DNA from: Mobula hypostoma | Lineage: Eukaryota | Length of the DNA: 64,000 nucleotides | Direction of reading: 5' to 3' | Assembly (NCBI RefSeq): GCF_963921235.1 | Contig: NC_086105.1 | Location: 26,784,001 to 26,848,000 of the forward strand | Shown here: positions 1-12,079 of the stretch, in pieces | Numbering within the stretch: position 1 is the first letter of the stretch | Layout of the letters: each line of letters starts with the position of its first letter | Made by a program: the position numbers and the translations under genes | Notes under the pieces: generated by a model | The model's input: only the letters and a program-made list of their open reading frames with translations | Databases searched by the model: none | Told to the model about the DNA's origin: nothing

Positions 1-744
1 CGAAATCTGATTCCATTCGTTTTTACAGGGATTGTAACAATGTGCTGCCGCAATCTCCTGACTGGTCATCCTGTATCCGCCCACGATAAAGAGGTAATTA
101 TTCATTACGGTCGAGCCATAACCCCTCACGTTCACCATGTCAGGGGGGAGAGTGTTAGCAAGGGGAAGCCATCTCTGGGCGACTTCATCGTATCTCAGCA
201 TCGACCACGGTTCACCTGCAGCCAGATCCAAGGACGTACTGAAGAAATCTCCAACCGCCACCAACACAGCCGTGCCTTTAAATCGCATCTCCTTAACCTG
301 GTGACGCAAAGTGTTCGGCAGATGCCTAAATTCTTGTCTCCTGAGCATAGGGTGGTAGTGCCACGCCATAAACCTGAGGGAAGCATTCATTAGATCATCG
401 ATTCCATAAATCTCAGAAAGTTTATACAACTCCACACAATTGTCCAATTTCAGCTCTGAGAGCAGCAGCTTTAATATGGAAGTCACTTGCAGAAAAGACG
501 CTGTTTCCACCAAATCTTCCAAGGTGTCGTTATCAAAGTGTACTTTAGAGGTGTTGATAAATTCAATTACGAGCTCTAGTCCATGAACACTCAAACCCTG
601 CAACTGAACCGAATCCTCTTCGGATTCCTTCATCCCAGACTCATAAAGAGCTCTGAAGTAGTCGCTTTTCTCAATTAACTTACTTTTGCTGACATTGTAC
701 GTCTTATCTTCTATGGAAATCGCAATGATTTGGTCGGAGGACAT
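1..744 (-). CDS. KLHL42: Kelch-like protein 42, first coding exon, partial (BTB, BACK-like region, first kelch repeat); continues beyond the window start
   Basis: Stop-free minus-strand frame from ATG at 744 (gccagcATG) to position 1, translated by hand: MSSDQIIAISIEDKTYNVSKSKLIEKSDYFRALYESGMKES...LVETASFLQVTSILKLLLSE...RWLPLANTLPPDMVNVRGYGSTVMNNYLFIVGGYRMTSQEIAAAHCYNPCKNEWNQIS. It closely matches vertebrate KLHL42 as recalled. It is absent from the ORF track because no stop lies in the window. Confidence 0.95.
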   Translation of the reverse strand, partial: MSSDQIIAISIEDKTYNVSKSKLIEKSDYFRALYESGMKESEEDSVQLQGLSVHGLELVIEFINTSKVHFDNDTLEDLVETASFLQVTSILKLLLSELKLDNCVELYKLSEIYGIDDLMNASLRFMAWHYHPMLRRQEFRHLPNTLRHQVKEMRFKGTAVLVAVGDFFSTSLDLAAGEPWSMLRYDEVAQRWLPLANTLPPDMVNVRGYGSTVMNNYLFIVGGYRMTSQEIAAAHCYNPCKNEWNQIS

Positions 745-1200
745 GCTGGCAGGGTGGCACGCCCGGCCGTGCAATTGCTTTCCTTAAGTGGGCAGCTTCA
801 ACCTTTATTTACATTTACTCAGACCTGCGCATTGATCTTCGCCTCGCACGAAAGGCCGGCTCCAGGCAGCGCATCAGCCTCCCCTGATTTGTCAGCATTA
901 GTGTGCACAGTTCTGCTTAACGACAGAAACCTGCTGTACACGTTACACGAACCACTTCACACTTCGTTCAGTTTTCAAGGAATTTCAGAAAGAGCCTCAG
1001 CATCGGCTCGCTAGTTTGTTGAGCCTGGTTTCCTTCTCATTGAAGACTCGTCATTTCTCGTTCCGTTTTCAACAACCAATCACCGACCGTAAAAGGCAAC
1101 AATCTGCCCAATCTGCTTTTCAGCTACTTCACCATTTAAAGGCACTTGGACAGTTTATGAAATGTGTGCCGTGCCACAAATCATTTATGTTATTGGGTAT
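745..1200. promoter_or_regulatory. CpG-rich KLHL42 5' UTR/promoter with tandem CCAAT boxes, possibly bidirectional with MANSC4
   Basis: CpG-retaining region directly upstream of the KLHL42 ATG. CCAAT at 1076-1080 and 1108-1112, 32 bp apart, a typical NF-Y tandem spacing. Confidence 0.55.
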
Positions 1201-1499
1201 GTGCTGACATAGGTCGTGTCTATGGGAGACGGGACTATCTAATTACAAATTATAAATTATAAAGATAGTTTATCAAACATTGCACCTCTATTTTACAGAA
1301 CATTCAATATATTTAAAGGATCAAACTGGAATGAACACACAGTAAACAACACGAAATACTGTATATAAAGAATTAATGTTTGTTGGTGCTTAAGTAGCGT
1401 TTGTTGTTAACGATTTCTACTGTGCGCTTCATGAATATGAAATCTGAACTCCGAGATATAACAGCAACTCGAGTGAATTGGACTGTATGGTTCCCATTA

Positions 1500-2180
1500 T
1501 ATCGAATAGTACTGCACATAATCTGATCCTTCAGCCTGCCATGCCGTGCTTACTTTAATGCCCATTTAAACTAATGCCACCTGCTTGCTTATGGTCTGTC
1601 TCTTCCCCCTGCCCCATCAAATGGCGCCGTGTTTCATGTGCCTTTACATTCTCCAACCTCTCCATAAAACTTCAGAGTTTGACAATTCCACCGTGCGATA
1701 AAGACTGTGCATATCTCTGTCTCTCATAATTTTATATACTGCTGTCAGGGCACCCCTCAACGTCCAAATACTCCATAGAAAATTTGTTCCACCTCTCTGT
1801 GGTAAACTATATACATATGTTGTAACTGGGTTACCTGTCCGGACACACCCCTCTGCTGACTGCCCCTGTGGCTCCTCCCACAGATCCCTGAATAAAGGCG
1901 ATTGGGCCATTGCTCCTCCTCTCAGTCCAGGGGCAGACCCTCAGCATGCTGGAGGTCACATTTTACTGTGAATAAAAGCCTTTCAGTATTTACTCTTTTG
2001 GAGCTATTGATGGTGCATCACTCTCCTTATAGCAAATACTGTACTCTAATTCAGGCAAAAAAAACACAGGTGAACTTATTTTGCAGCCTCTCTAAATCAT
2101 TCAAGCAAAGCAAGGACCAAAACTGCACACAATACTCCATAAGTAGTCAAGTTAAGGTTTTATACAATTGCAATATGAAT
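1500..2180 (-). mobile_element. Degraded CR1-type LINE 3' fragment, host of a solo LTR
   Basis: Minus-strand residues resemble the CR1 ORF2 C-terminus (LRGALTAVYKIMR..., and aactgcacacaatactcc = EYCVQF). Boundaries approximate. Confidence 0.6.
1798..2020 (+). mobile_element. Solo LTR (223 bp)
   Basis: Begins TG, ends CA, contains two AATAAA motifs, and is flanked by an exact 5-bp TSD CTCTC (1793-1797, 2021-2025). Removing it restores the host CR1 sequence. Confidence 0.8.
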
Positions 2181-2281
2181 TGTCAATACTTATACTTAAA
2201 AGTTCAAAGTCAATTTATTATCACCATGTCACCATATACAACCCTAAGGTCAATTTTCTTGTGGACGTTCACAGTAGATAC

Positions 2282-3307
2282 TGTCATGGTCCGGTCCGTA
2301 AAGTCTGCATTCTGGTTCACGGTCCGGTCCGTGGACTCAGGATTCTAGGTCTTCCAGCTGTCCCTTGTTTGGTTGAGTTGATCATAGGCACCTGATTCCC
2401 ATCTTTGGGCCTGGAATATAGGTAGCCTTGGGGTTGAGTGTGGGTGGCTGGTTTGTCTTGTTAGTCCCCCTTGGAGTAACCTGCTGATGGAAGACTGGTG
2501 AAACCATTTGTGATCTCTAGGCCTGGTTGGAGGACCACTGCTTCATGGAGCCTTGTTGCCACTCATCGGAGCAGTCATCGTGGTATGGACTTGGCCATTT
2601 CTGTAACCAGCCAAGGTTGCTGGCTGCCCTGAGACTCAGAGCCACCCTGGATTGAGCTCCTTTCCTGTCCTTGCCTCCATTGGGTAAGCCAGGCTGTAAT
2701 TGCCATTACCCTGTGGTTGGTTCTGTCCCTTCCTGTCCCTTGCCTCCGTCAGGTAAGCAGGCTGTTTGCCGTTACCCTGTGGTTGGGTCCGTCCCTCCCT
2801 GTCCTTGACTCCGTGGGGTGGAGTTCCACGTCCTGCCCAGGAGTTCCGTGTCCTGCCCAGGAGTTGCTCCAAGAACCCCAGCCTCGAAGACCTCCAAGCC
2901 AAACTCCAAGATCCCCAAGCCAAGCTCTAAGAACCCAAGCCTGAAGACCCCAGCCTCCATGCCTCAAGACCAAGACCCCAGCCTGCAGCCCCAAGCCTCT
3001 AGACCCCAGTCACGTTCTGTCCCGTAGTCATGTCATGTCCTTGCCTGGTTCTGGGGCCCAAGCCCGAGACAAGACCCAGGTTCTGGGTCCTTGTCCAGTC
3101 TCTGGCTCAGAGCCCAAGCCCAGGCTCCTAGTGCATAGTTCCTTGTCCGGGTTCCCTGTCTTGTCCATGCCCTAGCCCAAGTCTGCGTTCTTGTCCCTGC
3201 TCCTTGTCTGTATTCTGTTACGTCTCTACTCTCATCAAGACCTGTTCCGTGTACTTCAGTGTCTGTATCTTGCACTTGGGTCTGTTCCCAATGCCCCCAT
3301 TGTGACA
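2282..3307 (+). mobile_element. Solo LTR (about 1.0 kb, probably Gypsy-type) with internal tandem repeats
   Basis: TGTCA...TGACA termini and exact 5-bp TSD GATAC (2277-2281, 3308-3312). Internal ~67-bp duplication (about 2660-2810) and CCAAG-rich short repeats (about 2860-3120). Strand assignment is tentative. Confidence 0.85.
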
Positions 3308-3780
3308 GATACAAAGAAAAACTGCACACAACAAAGGCAGACAAACGTCCAGTATGCAGAAGACAACAACTGTACAAATACAAAAAGGGAAAAAAACAAA
3401 ATGATATTCATAAATAAACAAGCAATAGACATCAAGGACTTGAGTTCTTGAAAGTGAGTCCATAAGTTGTGGCATCAGTTCACTGTTGGGGTGAGTGAAG
3501 TTGAGCAAAGTTATCCCCTCTGGTTCAAAAGCCTGATGACTGAGGGGTAATAACTGTTCTTGAACCTGGTGGTGTGGGTCCTGAGGCTCCTGTACCTTCT
3601 TCCTGATAGCAGCAGCAAGAAGAGAGCATGACCTGAATGGTGCGGGTCCATGTTGGACCCAGTTAAATCCTCTGAGATAATGGTGCTGAGGAGTTTAAAG
3701 TTGCTGACCTTTTGCAGAGCACACTGCCCTGTGGTGCACCTGTGCTGATGGTGATTGCAGAGAAGACATGTTGCCAATCT
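3308..3780 (-). mobile_element. Rex1/Babar-like LINE 3' fragment (continues left of the LTR at about 2195-2281)
   Basis: ORF 3511..3789 has HALFLLLLSGRRYRSLRTHTTRFKNSYYPSVIRLLN, typical of the Rex/Babar RT C-terminus. Confidence 0.75.
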
Positions 3781-4440
3781 GAACTTCAAATGAGGAAATC
3801 AAGCATCCAATTATACTTATACTTTGTACTTTATTGTCGCCAAACAATTGGTACTAGAACGTACAATCATGACTGTGATATTTGATTCTGCGCTTCACAC
3901 TCTAGAAAGTATTGAGGCCCAAGTCTTGGAGCTTATTACAAACGTTTGTAATTATTTCTAAGGGAAGGATCATGTTGACTGCAGAGCTGTAGTCAATGAT
4001 GAGCATCCTGATGTATGCATCTTCACTGTCCAGATGTTCCAGGTTTGAGTGAAGAGCCAATAAATTGGCCTCTGCTGTTGACCTGTTATGAATTGAGGCA
4101 GGTCCAAGTCACTCCTCAAGCAGAGCCCCAACTAATAAAGGAAGTATCCTTACACATTCTTTAACATCCTGTTTTATTATGTTGCTCCTTTCAAAGTTCA
4201 AAGTAAATTGAAGTTTGCAATATACTTCCCTGAGATTCATTTTCTTGCATGCATTTACAGGATAAAAGAAATACAATAGAATTTAATGAAAATGATACCT
4301 GGACAGACAAAGACTGACCAACAACCAATGGGCAAAAGAAGATAAACTGTGTAGATAAATAAACTGAGAAAATGAGTTGTGAAGAGTCCTTTAAAATGAG
4401 TCTGTATGTCACAGGATGAGTTCAGAGTGGAAGTGAATGA

Positions 4441-4745
4441 AGGGTGTCACGGTAGTAGCGCTTAGCACAACTCTATTACAACTCAGGATGTTGGAGTTCA
4501 GAGTTCAATTCCAACGCCATCTGTGAGGAGTCTGTATGACATCCCCCGTGGAATGTGTGTGTTTCCTCCGGGTCCTCTGGTTTCCTCCCACAGTCTACAG
4601 ATGTACCAGGTAGCAGGTTAATTGGTCATTGTAAGTTATCCCGTGTTGCAGTGAGGGCTAATTCAGGGATTGTTGGAGGTTGCCGGGTGGTGCAGCTCAA
4701 AAGGCCAGAAGGGCCTATTCCATGCTGTATCAATAACTAACTAAC
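4441..4745 (+). mobile_element. tRNA-derived V-SINE/HE1-like SINE
   Basis: A-box-like ggtagtagcgcttag, B-box-like gttcaattcc, V-domain core gtttcctccgggtcctctggtttcctcccacag, and an A-rich tail. Confidence 0.75.
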
Positions 4746-5379
4746 TAAATAAATACATGCATAGATAGATAGGTAGAGATATCCACAGCAGTTCAAGAGC
4801 CTGATGGTTGTAGGATAATATTGTTTCTGAACCAGATGGTGTAGGACCTAAGGCTTCTCTACTTCCTGCCCAACGATAGTAGCCAGAAGACAGCATGGCC
4901 TGGGTGGTAGGGGTCCTTGATGATAGACGCTGCTTTCCTGTGGCAGCGTTCCATGTAAATGTAGTCCGTTATGGGGAGGGCTTCACTTGCAATGGACCGG
5001 GCTGTATCCATCACTTTTTCATAATGTCATTTTGTCACACAAGTATAAAGGAGGATGAAATAATTGTTACTCTGGTTCCAAAAATAGTTAATAATTTAAG
5101 GAACACAATAATAATAAAAAGCACAATAAATGTAACTATGTCTACATCTGAGTAGAACAGTATTCCTGAGTCTCCATCCCGATACTTGCATAACTGACAG
5201 TAGTGAAAACCGAGAGGAAGCTACGGACACAATGAAGGAAGCTCCAAACACTGCCATAGATGAAGGAACTTCACTGCTTCCCTAAGCACCAGTGGCGTAA
5301 CAGACAGTGTAAGCTAGCTAATATACATCGACTAATTGTCTGTCGATAAAGTGATGCTAAGGCACAGGAGCGTCTGTAC

Positions 5380-6580
5380 ATAAGGTGACTGACAGGAAAT
5401 GATAAAGTAGTGGTGGTTGGGGTGCAGAGGGACTGTGTTACTGGGTGGCGGTGTTGATCAGCTTTACTGCTTGGGGAAAGTGACTGTTTTTGAGTCTGGC
5501 AGTCCAGGAGCAGGGTGGGGGGGATCCTTCATGATGTTACTGGACCTTTTCCTGGCACCCTTCTGTATGTCCTTGATGGTAGGTAGGCCGGTGCTGGTGA
5601 GGCGCTGGGAAGTTTTGACTCTCCATTGTAGAGCCTTCCTGTCCACTGTAATGTAGCTTCCATGCCGTGCAGTGATGCAGCTTGTTAGGATGCTCCCTAC
5701 TGTGCTTCTATAGAATGACATGTGCATAGATCTCTTCAGCCCCCTCAGAATACTGAGGCATTGGTGAGCTTTCCGAATTGTGTATGATGTGTTCTTGGAC
5801 CTTGAGAGGTTGTGCAAGACATGCACTCCCAGGAGTTTGAAACTGCCTGTAGTTCCCACTGCTGTGTCACTGATGTAAAGAGGGGCGTGAGTGGTGCGGT
5901 TACTCCTTAAGAGCCATCTCCTTTGTCTTGTTCACATTGAAGCAGAGGTTAGTTGCCTGACACTGGGCCTTGTGCTCTTCCATCTCCACTCTGCAGGCCA
6001 TCTCACTGTTGCTGGTGAAGGACCCCACCACTATTGTGTCATCAGTGAACTTGACGATGTGATTACTCAGGAGTTTGGCTGTGCAGTCATGTGTGTAGAC
6101 TTTCCATTCCTAGGTACCGGTGTTTCCATACCAGACCATGATGCAACCAGTCAGGATACACTGCACTGTGCATCTATAGAGGTTCGTCAAAGATTTTGGT
6201 GACATGCCAAATCTGTGCAAACTTCTAATAAAGTAGAGGCATTGCCTTTGTGTTGACACTTATGTGCTGGTCCCAGGACAGATCCTCTGAAATGATAATG
6301 CCAAGGAATTTAAAGCTACTGATCCTCTCTACCTCCAAGCCCCCAGTGAGGACTGGCTCATAAACCTCTGGCTTCTTCCTCCTGCAGTTGATAACCAGCT
6401 CTTTGGCTTGACTGCCATTGAGAGAGAGGTTGTTGTTTTTGTGGCACTACTCCAATCATATTTTCAATCTCCCTCTTACAGTATATGCCAATTCATTACC
6501 ACCTATGATTCAGCCAACAACAGAGGTGTGCCCTCAGCAAACTTAAGTATGGCATTGGAGTTCAATCATGCGTATATAGT
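5380..6580 (-). mobile_element. Rex1/Babar-like LINE fragments (RT C-terminal region)
   Basis: ORF 5464..5859 has FKLLGVHV...FYRSTVGSILTSCITARHG...RKALQWRVKTSQRLT. Further degraded fragments follow; boundaries approximate. Confidence 0.75.
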
Positions 6581-7409
6581 GATTAGAGCAGGGAGCTATG
6601 AAAATGCACTCCACGATACCTCTGTTCATTGATGCTCCCAAGAAACATGCCATTTACAGTATATATTCCTCTTAAATTTAACCTCACAAAGTGCAACACC
6701 TCACATTTGTCTGGACTTAAAGTCCACCTGTCATTTCGCTGCTCATATTTCTGACTGATCTATACACTGTTGTTTTCTTTCACAACCTTCCTCACCATCC
6801 ACAGCTCGGTCAATTTTTGTGTTGTGCAAACTTAACTGATCATTCCACCTACATTCTCATCCAAAACATTTATATATGTCTTGAGGAACTGAGATCCCAG
6901 CACTGGTCTTTGTGGAACACCAGTGTCAGAGTACCAGTCAGAATAGGACCCTTCCACTACTATCCTCCGCCTTCTACAGCTAAGACAATTTCAAATGTAA
7001 TCTACCCAGTCTCTGTGGATTGTATGTGCCTCAATTTTTTGGATCGGCCTACCATGAGGGATGTAATTGAGTGCTTTACTAAAGTCCTTGCAGACAATGG
7101 AGACAAAACTGGCAGCAGCTGTGGAGGGAAATGGCTAGTCAACATTTCCCTGCCTGTTGCTTTCACCACACCCGTACCATCATGCAGGAAGAGCCCTTTC
7201 GTTACAGTAATGAAGCAGAATTAGGAAGAACCAGAGGAGGAAATGAAGGAGAAAGAAGGGAGCTGGTGCTGAGAATACCACCTTCTGTCTGCATTATAGG
7301 TGCCTCTCATTTTCGTATTCTTCCAATGTCAAGGCCAATTTGAATCATAAAGCCTAAGGAATTAGGCAGTCCATGAAATGTCATTTTCTTATAATAAGAA
7401 CATATGACT

Positions 7410-9055
7410 AGAAGACATAGGAGAAGAATTAGGCCATCCAGTGCATTGGGTCTGTTCCACCATTCTATCATGGTTGACTTATTATTCCTTTCAACCCAAT
7501 TTTCCAGCCTTCTCTCCGTAACATTTGATGCCCTGACTGTTCAAGAGTCTATGAACCTCATCTTTAAATATACTCAATGACCTGGCCTCCACAGCTAGTT
7601 GTGGCAATGAATACAACTGATTCACTGCCCTCTGGCTGAATAAATTACTCCTCATCTCTGTTCTAAATGGATGTCCCTCTATTCTGGGTTTGGTCTCTCT
7701 GATCCTAGACTCACCAACTATAGGAAACATCTTCTCCATATCTGCTCTATCCAGACCTTTCAACGTTCGGTAGGTTTCAGAGATTCCACCCCCCACCCCC
7801 ACTCCCCATCATTCTTCTAAACTGTAGAAAGTACAGGCACAGACCCATCAAACCCTCCACATATATTAATACTTTCATTCCCAGAATCATTCTCCTGTAC
7901 CTCCTCTGCAACCTCTCCAATGCCAGGATGTAAGGGGCCGAAAACTGCTCTCAATACCCTAAGTGCAGTCCGACTAATGCCTTATAAAACCTCAGTATCA
8001 CATCCTTGCTTTTGTATTCTAATCCTCCTGAAATTAATGTTAACAATGCATTTGCCTTCCTTGCTAACAATTCAACCTGTAAGTTAACCTTTAGGGAATT
8101 CTACACAAAGATGCCCAAGTTCCTTGGCACCTCTGATTTCTGAAATTGCTCCCCATTTAGAAAATAGTTTAAACCTTTATTCCTTCTACAAAAAATACAT
8201 GACCACACACTTCTCTACACTAGATTCCAACTTCCACTTCTTTGCCCATTCTCCCAAACTGTCTAAGTCCTTCCACAGACTCCTTGCTTCCTCAACACTA
8301 CCTGCCCCTCTATCTTTGTATCATCTGCAAACTTGGCCACAAAGCCATCAAAATCCATCATCCAAATCATTGGCACATAACATGAAAGGAAGCTGCCCCG
8401 ATACTAATTCCTGCAGAACACACCAGTCACCAACAGCCAACATAAAAGGACCACTTTATTCCCACTCTTTGCCTCCTGCCAGTCTGCCAATCTTCTACCC
8501 ATGCTAGCATCTTTCTTGTAATACCATGGGTTCTTATCTTGTTAAGCAGTCTCATGTGCAGTACTTTATCAAAGCCCCCTGAAAATCAAAATAACCAACA
8601 TCTATGACTCTCCTTTGTCTATCCTCCCTGTTATTTCTTCAAAGAATTCCAACAGATTTGTCAGGCAAGGTTTCCCCTTAACGAAACCATGTTGACTTTG
8701 GTTTATTTTATCAAGTGCCTCCAAGTAGCCAGAAACCTCATCCTTAGTAATGGATTCCAACATCTTCCCAACTGCTAAGGTCAGGTAATATAATTTCATC
8801 TCTGATGCCTTCTTCCCTTCTTAAATTTATGATTTTCCAGGCCTCTGGAACCATTCCAGAACCTAGTGATTCTTGAAAGATCATTAACAATACCTCCATA
8901 ATTTCTTCAGCTGTATCTTTCAGAACCCTGAGGTGTAGTCCATCTGGTCCAGGTGATATATCTACCTCCAGACCTTTCAGGTTCTCAAGCACCTTCTCCT
9001 TAGCTATGGCAGCTACTGTGCACTCACTTCTGTCCTCTGTCCAAATTTCTGGCAT
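7410..9055 (-). mobile_element. CR1 LINE, 5'-truncated and degraded ORF2
   Basis: ORFs 8744..9055 (SPGPDGLHLRVLK), 8602..8799 (SQHGFVKGKPCLTNLLEFFE) and 7491..7802 (GLDRADMEKMFPIVGESR). Confidence 0.9.
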
Positions 9056-10189
9056 AATGGTTATAGTAAGCCTGCTTCTCCTTTGCAGGGGCAGTGATTG
9101 AACTCAAAGGTTGACCTTCCTCTGGAGCTAATTGCCCAGATTTGGACCTCATTGCCTTGCTATGCATAGCAGTAGTTTACTAAAGCTAAAGGACAAGCAA
9201 TAACAATGGCGTGGATATGTTGCAGTAATAGGCAACAACTTACTCCCACCCACAGCACCCGGAGAGAAGCCACTTTCATTCCTTGGAGTGGTACCTGGCT
9301 CAGTAATCCTAGTAATGTGCTGAATGACAGATTGCCAGGCTACCACAGTTTGAAAAATATTTCCCAGGGTCTTGATAGCAGAAGTTTCAGCTTGCATTTC
9401 AGAAGTCAGTTTCTTTTGCAGCATTTCTGCTTGTCTTCCACTAAAAGTTGAGATAACAAATGAGACTGTCAGATACAGTAAGATGTGCGAGTCTGCAACT
9501 GTTAAAAAAAAGCTGCCCTCCATCTTAATCCTGGAAAGACTGAGATTCTGGTTGTATGTAAAGCAATATGAAGGCTGAAACAGGATATTCTCCTCGACAT
9601 TTCACATGGGGATGGCAATGTCGTTATCATCTTAATGAGACTGCTGAATAGTCCTATCTTTTTGACTACCCTGTAAGTATCTTGGCATAGAATTCAACAC
9701 TGAATCTTGCTGTCCAGGGACTAAACACTTGGGCTACTCCTTCTCACTGAGATGATGTAGCAGATTATTGGTGATATTTACAACTAGGATCCGAAAGCTT
9801 TTGATTATCTCTGCCTCAGCACCATTGGTTTAAACATGTGCACACCCCCTCTCCCCTTCTGAAATCAACGATTGTCTCTTTGCTGACATTGAGAGAAAGA
9901 TTGGTGTCATGACACCATGCCATGAGCCTCTCCATCTCCTTCCAGTACTCTGATTCGTTACTACTATAGATTCAACCCATTATGGTAATGTCATCTGCAA
10001 ACGTAGGTGAGTTCGAGTAGTATCTGGCCAAGTAGTGATGAGTATATATGGAATAAACTGGTAGGGAGCTGAGGATGCAGCCTTGTGCTGAAGATAATCG
10101 TGATGGAGTTGATTCTGCCTATCCTTACTGATTGTGAACTGTTAGTCAAGAATTCAAGGATCTATCTGCAAAGGAAGGTGTTGAGTTTC

Positions 10190-11173
10190 ACAAGACACAA
10201 GACAAAGGAGCAGAAGTAGGCCATTCGGCCCATCGAGTCTGCTCCGTAGCTCCCCCATGAGCTAAACTATTCACCCATCTAGTTCCAATTTCCGGCTTTT
10301 TCCCCATATCCCTTGATACCCTGACTAATTAGATACCTGCTAATCTCTTCCTTAAACACCCTCAATGATCGGCCCTCCACAGCTGTATGTGGCAACGAAT
10401 TCCACAAATCCATGACCCTCTGGCTAAAAAAACTTCTCTTCATCTCTGTTTTAACTGGGTACCATCTAATTCTAAGACTATGGCCTCTTGTCCTGGACTC
10501 ACCCACCAAGGGAAACAACCTTTCCACATCTACTCTGTCCAACCCTTTCAATATTTGAAATGTTTCTATGAGCTCCCCTCTCATTCTTCTATACTCTAAT
10601 GAATACAATCCAAGAGCCGACAGACGCTGCTCATATGTTAGCCCCTGCATTCCAGGAATCATCCTCGTAAATCTTCTCTGAACTCTCTCCAACACCAGTA
10701 CATCCTTTCTAAGATAGGGGGCCCAAAACTGCACACAGTATTCCAAATGAGGTCTCACTAATGCCCCATAGAGCCTCATCAACACCTCCTTACTCTTATA
10801 CACTGTTCCTCTTGAAATGAATGCCAACATAGCATTCGCTTTCCTTACCGCTGATCCAACTTGGTGGTTAATCTTTAGGGTATCCTGCACGGGGGCCCTC
10901 AAGTCCCTTTGCACTTCCGATTTTTGAATTTTCTCCCCATCTAAATAATAATCTGCTCGATTATTTCTTCTTCCGAAATGTACAACCGTACATTTGTCAA
11001 CGTTGTATCTCATCTGCCATTTCTTTGCCCACTCTCCTAAATTGACTAAGTCTCTCTGCAACCTTTCCGTTTCTTCAACATTTCCTGCTCCTCCGCCTAT
11101 CTTGGTGTCATCCGCAAACTTAGCTACAAAACCATTTAATCCATAATCCAAATCATCGATATACATCGTAAAA
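10190..11173 (-). mobile_element. Young 5'-truncated CR1 LINE with an uninterrupted 295-aa RT C-terminus
   Basis: ORF 10279..11166 contains FADD and LVRPHLEYCVQFWAP, followed by a CR1 3' UTR and a short (TGTCTTG)n-like tail. Confidence 0.92.
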
Positions 11174-12079
11174 GAGTTCCAGGTCTCACTCTAATGTTTC
11201 TTCAGACTTCCTGAGCACCTGAGAACAGATTCTGTCATTCTATCCATTAAGGCATCAGGACCTTTCAACAAGTTTTCCAAATACGTGGGGTGACTTGCAC
11301 TAATGATTACGCATGAGTTAAGAAATAGAAACCTGGTTTACTCCAGCAATAGCTAGCTTCAATCAGTGCAGCCATGAAATTAAATCTGGTTGTTAGACAC
11401 TAGGGGAGTTAATAGATGATTAATGCTGACTGGATCTTAAAAGCACCATAATGGAATTTGTTCATTCATCACCAACTAAAAATGACAAAGGTTAATTGTA
11501 CATTGTGATCACAAAATACATTTTTAGGAATTATTTAGTTTCTCCCACGATGAGCAAGAGCAATCTGTTGGAGGAACTCAGTAGGTCAGTCAGGAACTGT
11601 GAGTGGTGGTGGAGGAGGGAGTTTTGTTAGTGCTCCAGGTTGAAGCCCTACACCAAGAGATTGTTCTGCAGATTGTTTGCTGCTTCATATTCTAGCAGCT
11701 GTGGTCATATTTGTCTCCATTTTCCCTCAGTTAGTGTACAGCAATAAACTAAATTTAAAAAAACAGCCCTGGTAATTCAGCAGGGCACATGTTGAATCTT
11801 AAGCTATTGATATCAGTGTTCTGAAAAGAATATAAATCATGAACATTAAAGAATAGAATCATAGCAAGATTCAGCAGCATTTAATCTGAAAGAAATTAAT
11901 AACAGGGGATCCCAAGGCAGAATAGGTATAGACTCCAAAGATTATTTATTTTTTGCAGAGTTGATGACTTATGGAATAGATTGCTAGAACAAAGAAAAAG
12001 TGAATGTGAATTATTTACCTGTCTTCAGAAGGGAGTTGGGTAAATTTAAATGAAAAAATAAAAAGTAAAGATAACAGGT

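Noticed and set aside
40-393. Plus-strand 117-aa ORF and the 195..386 ORF
   Set aside because: Antisense and off-frame shadows of KLHL42 exon 1.
2636-3451. Cluster of overlapping low-complexity ORFs and short repeats that superficially resemble a repeat-spacer array
   Set aside because: They lie inside a TSD-bounded solo LTR. Units are irregular with no unique spacers, and the context is eukaryotic, so this is not CRISPR.
9149-9578. Overlapping ORFs of 68-124 aa
   Set aside because: No recognisable domain or consistent splice signals; likely chance ORFs in old repeat-derived sequence.
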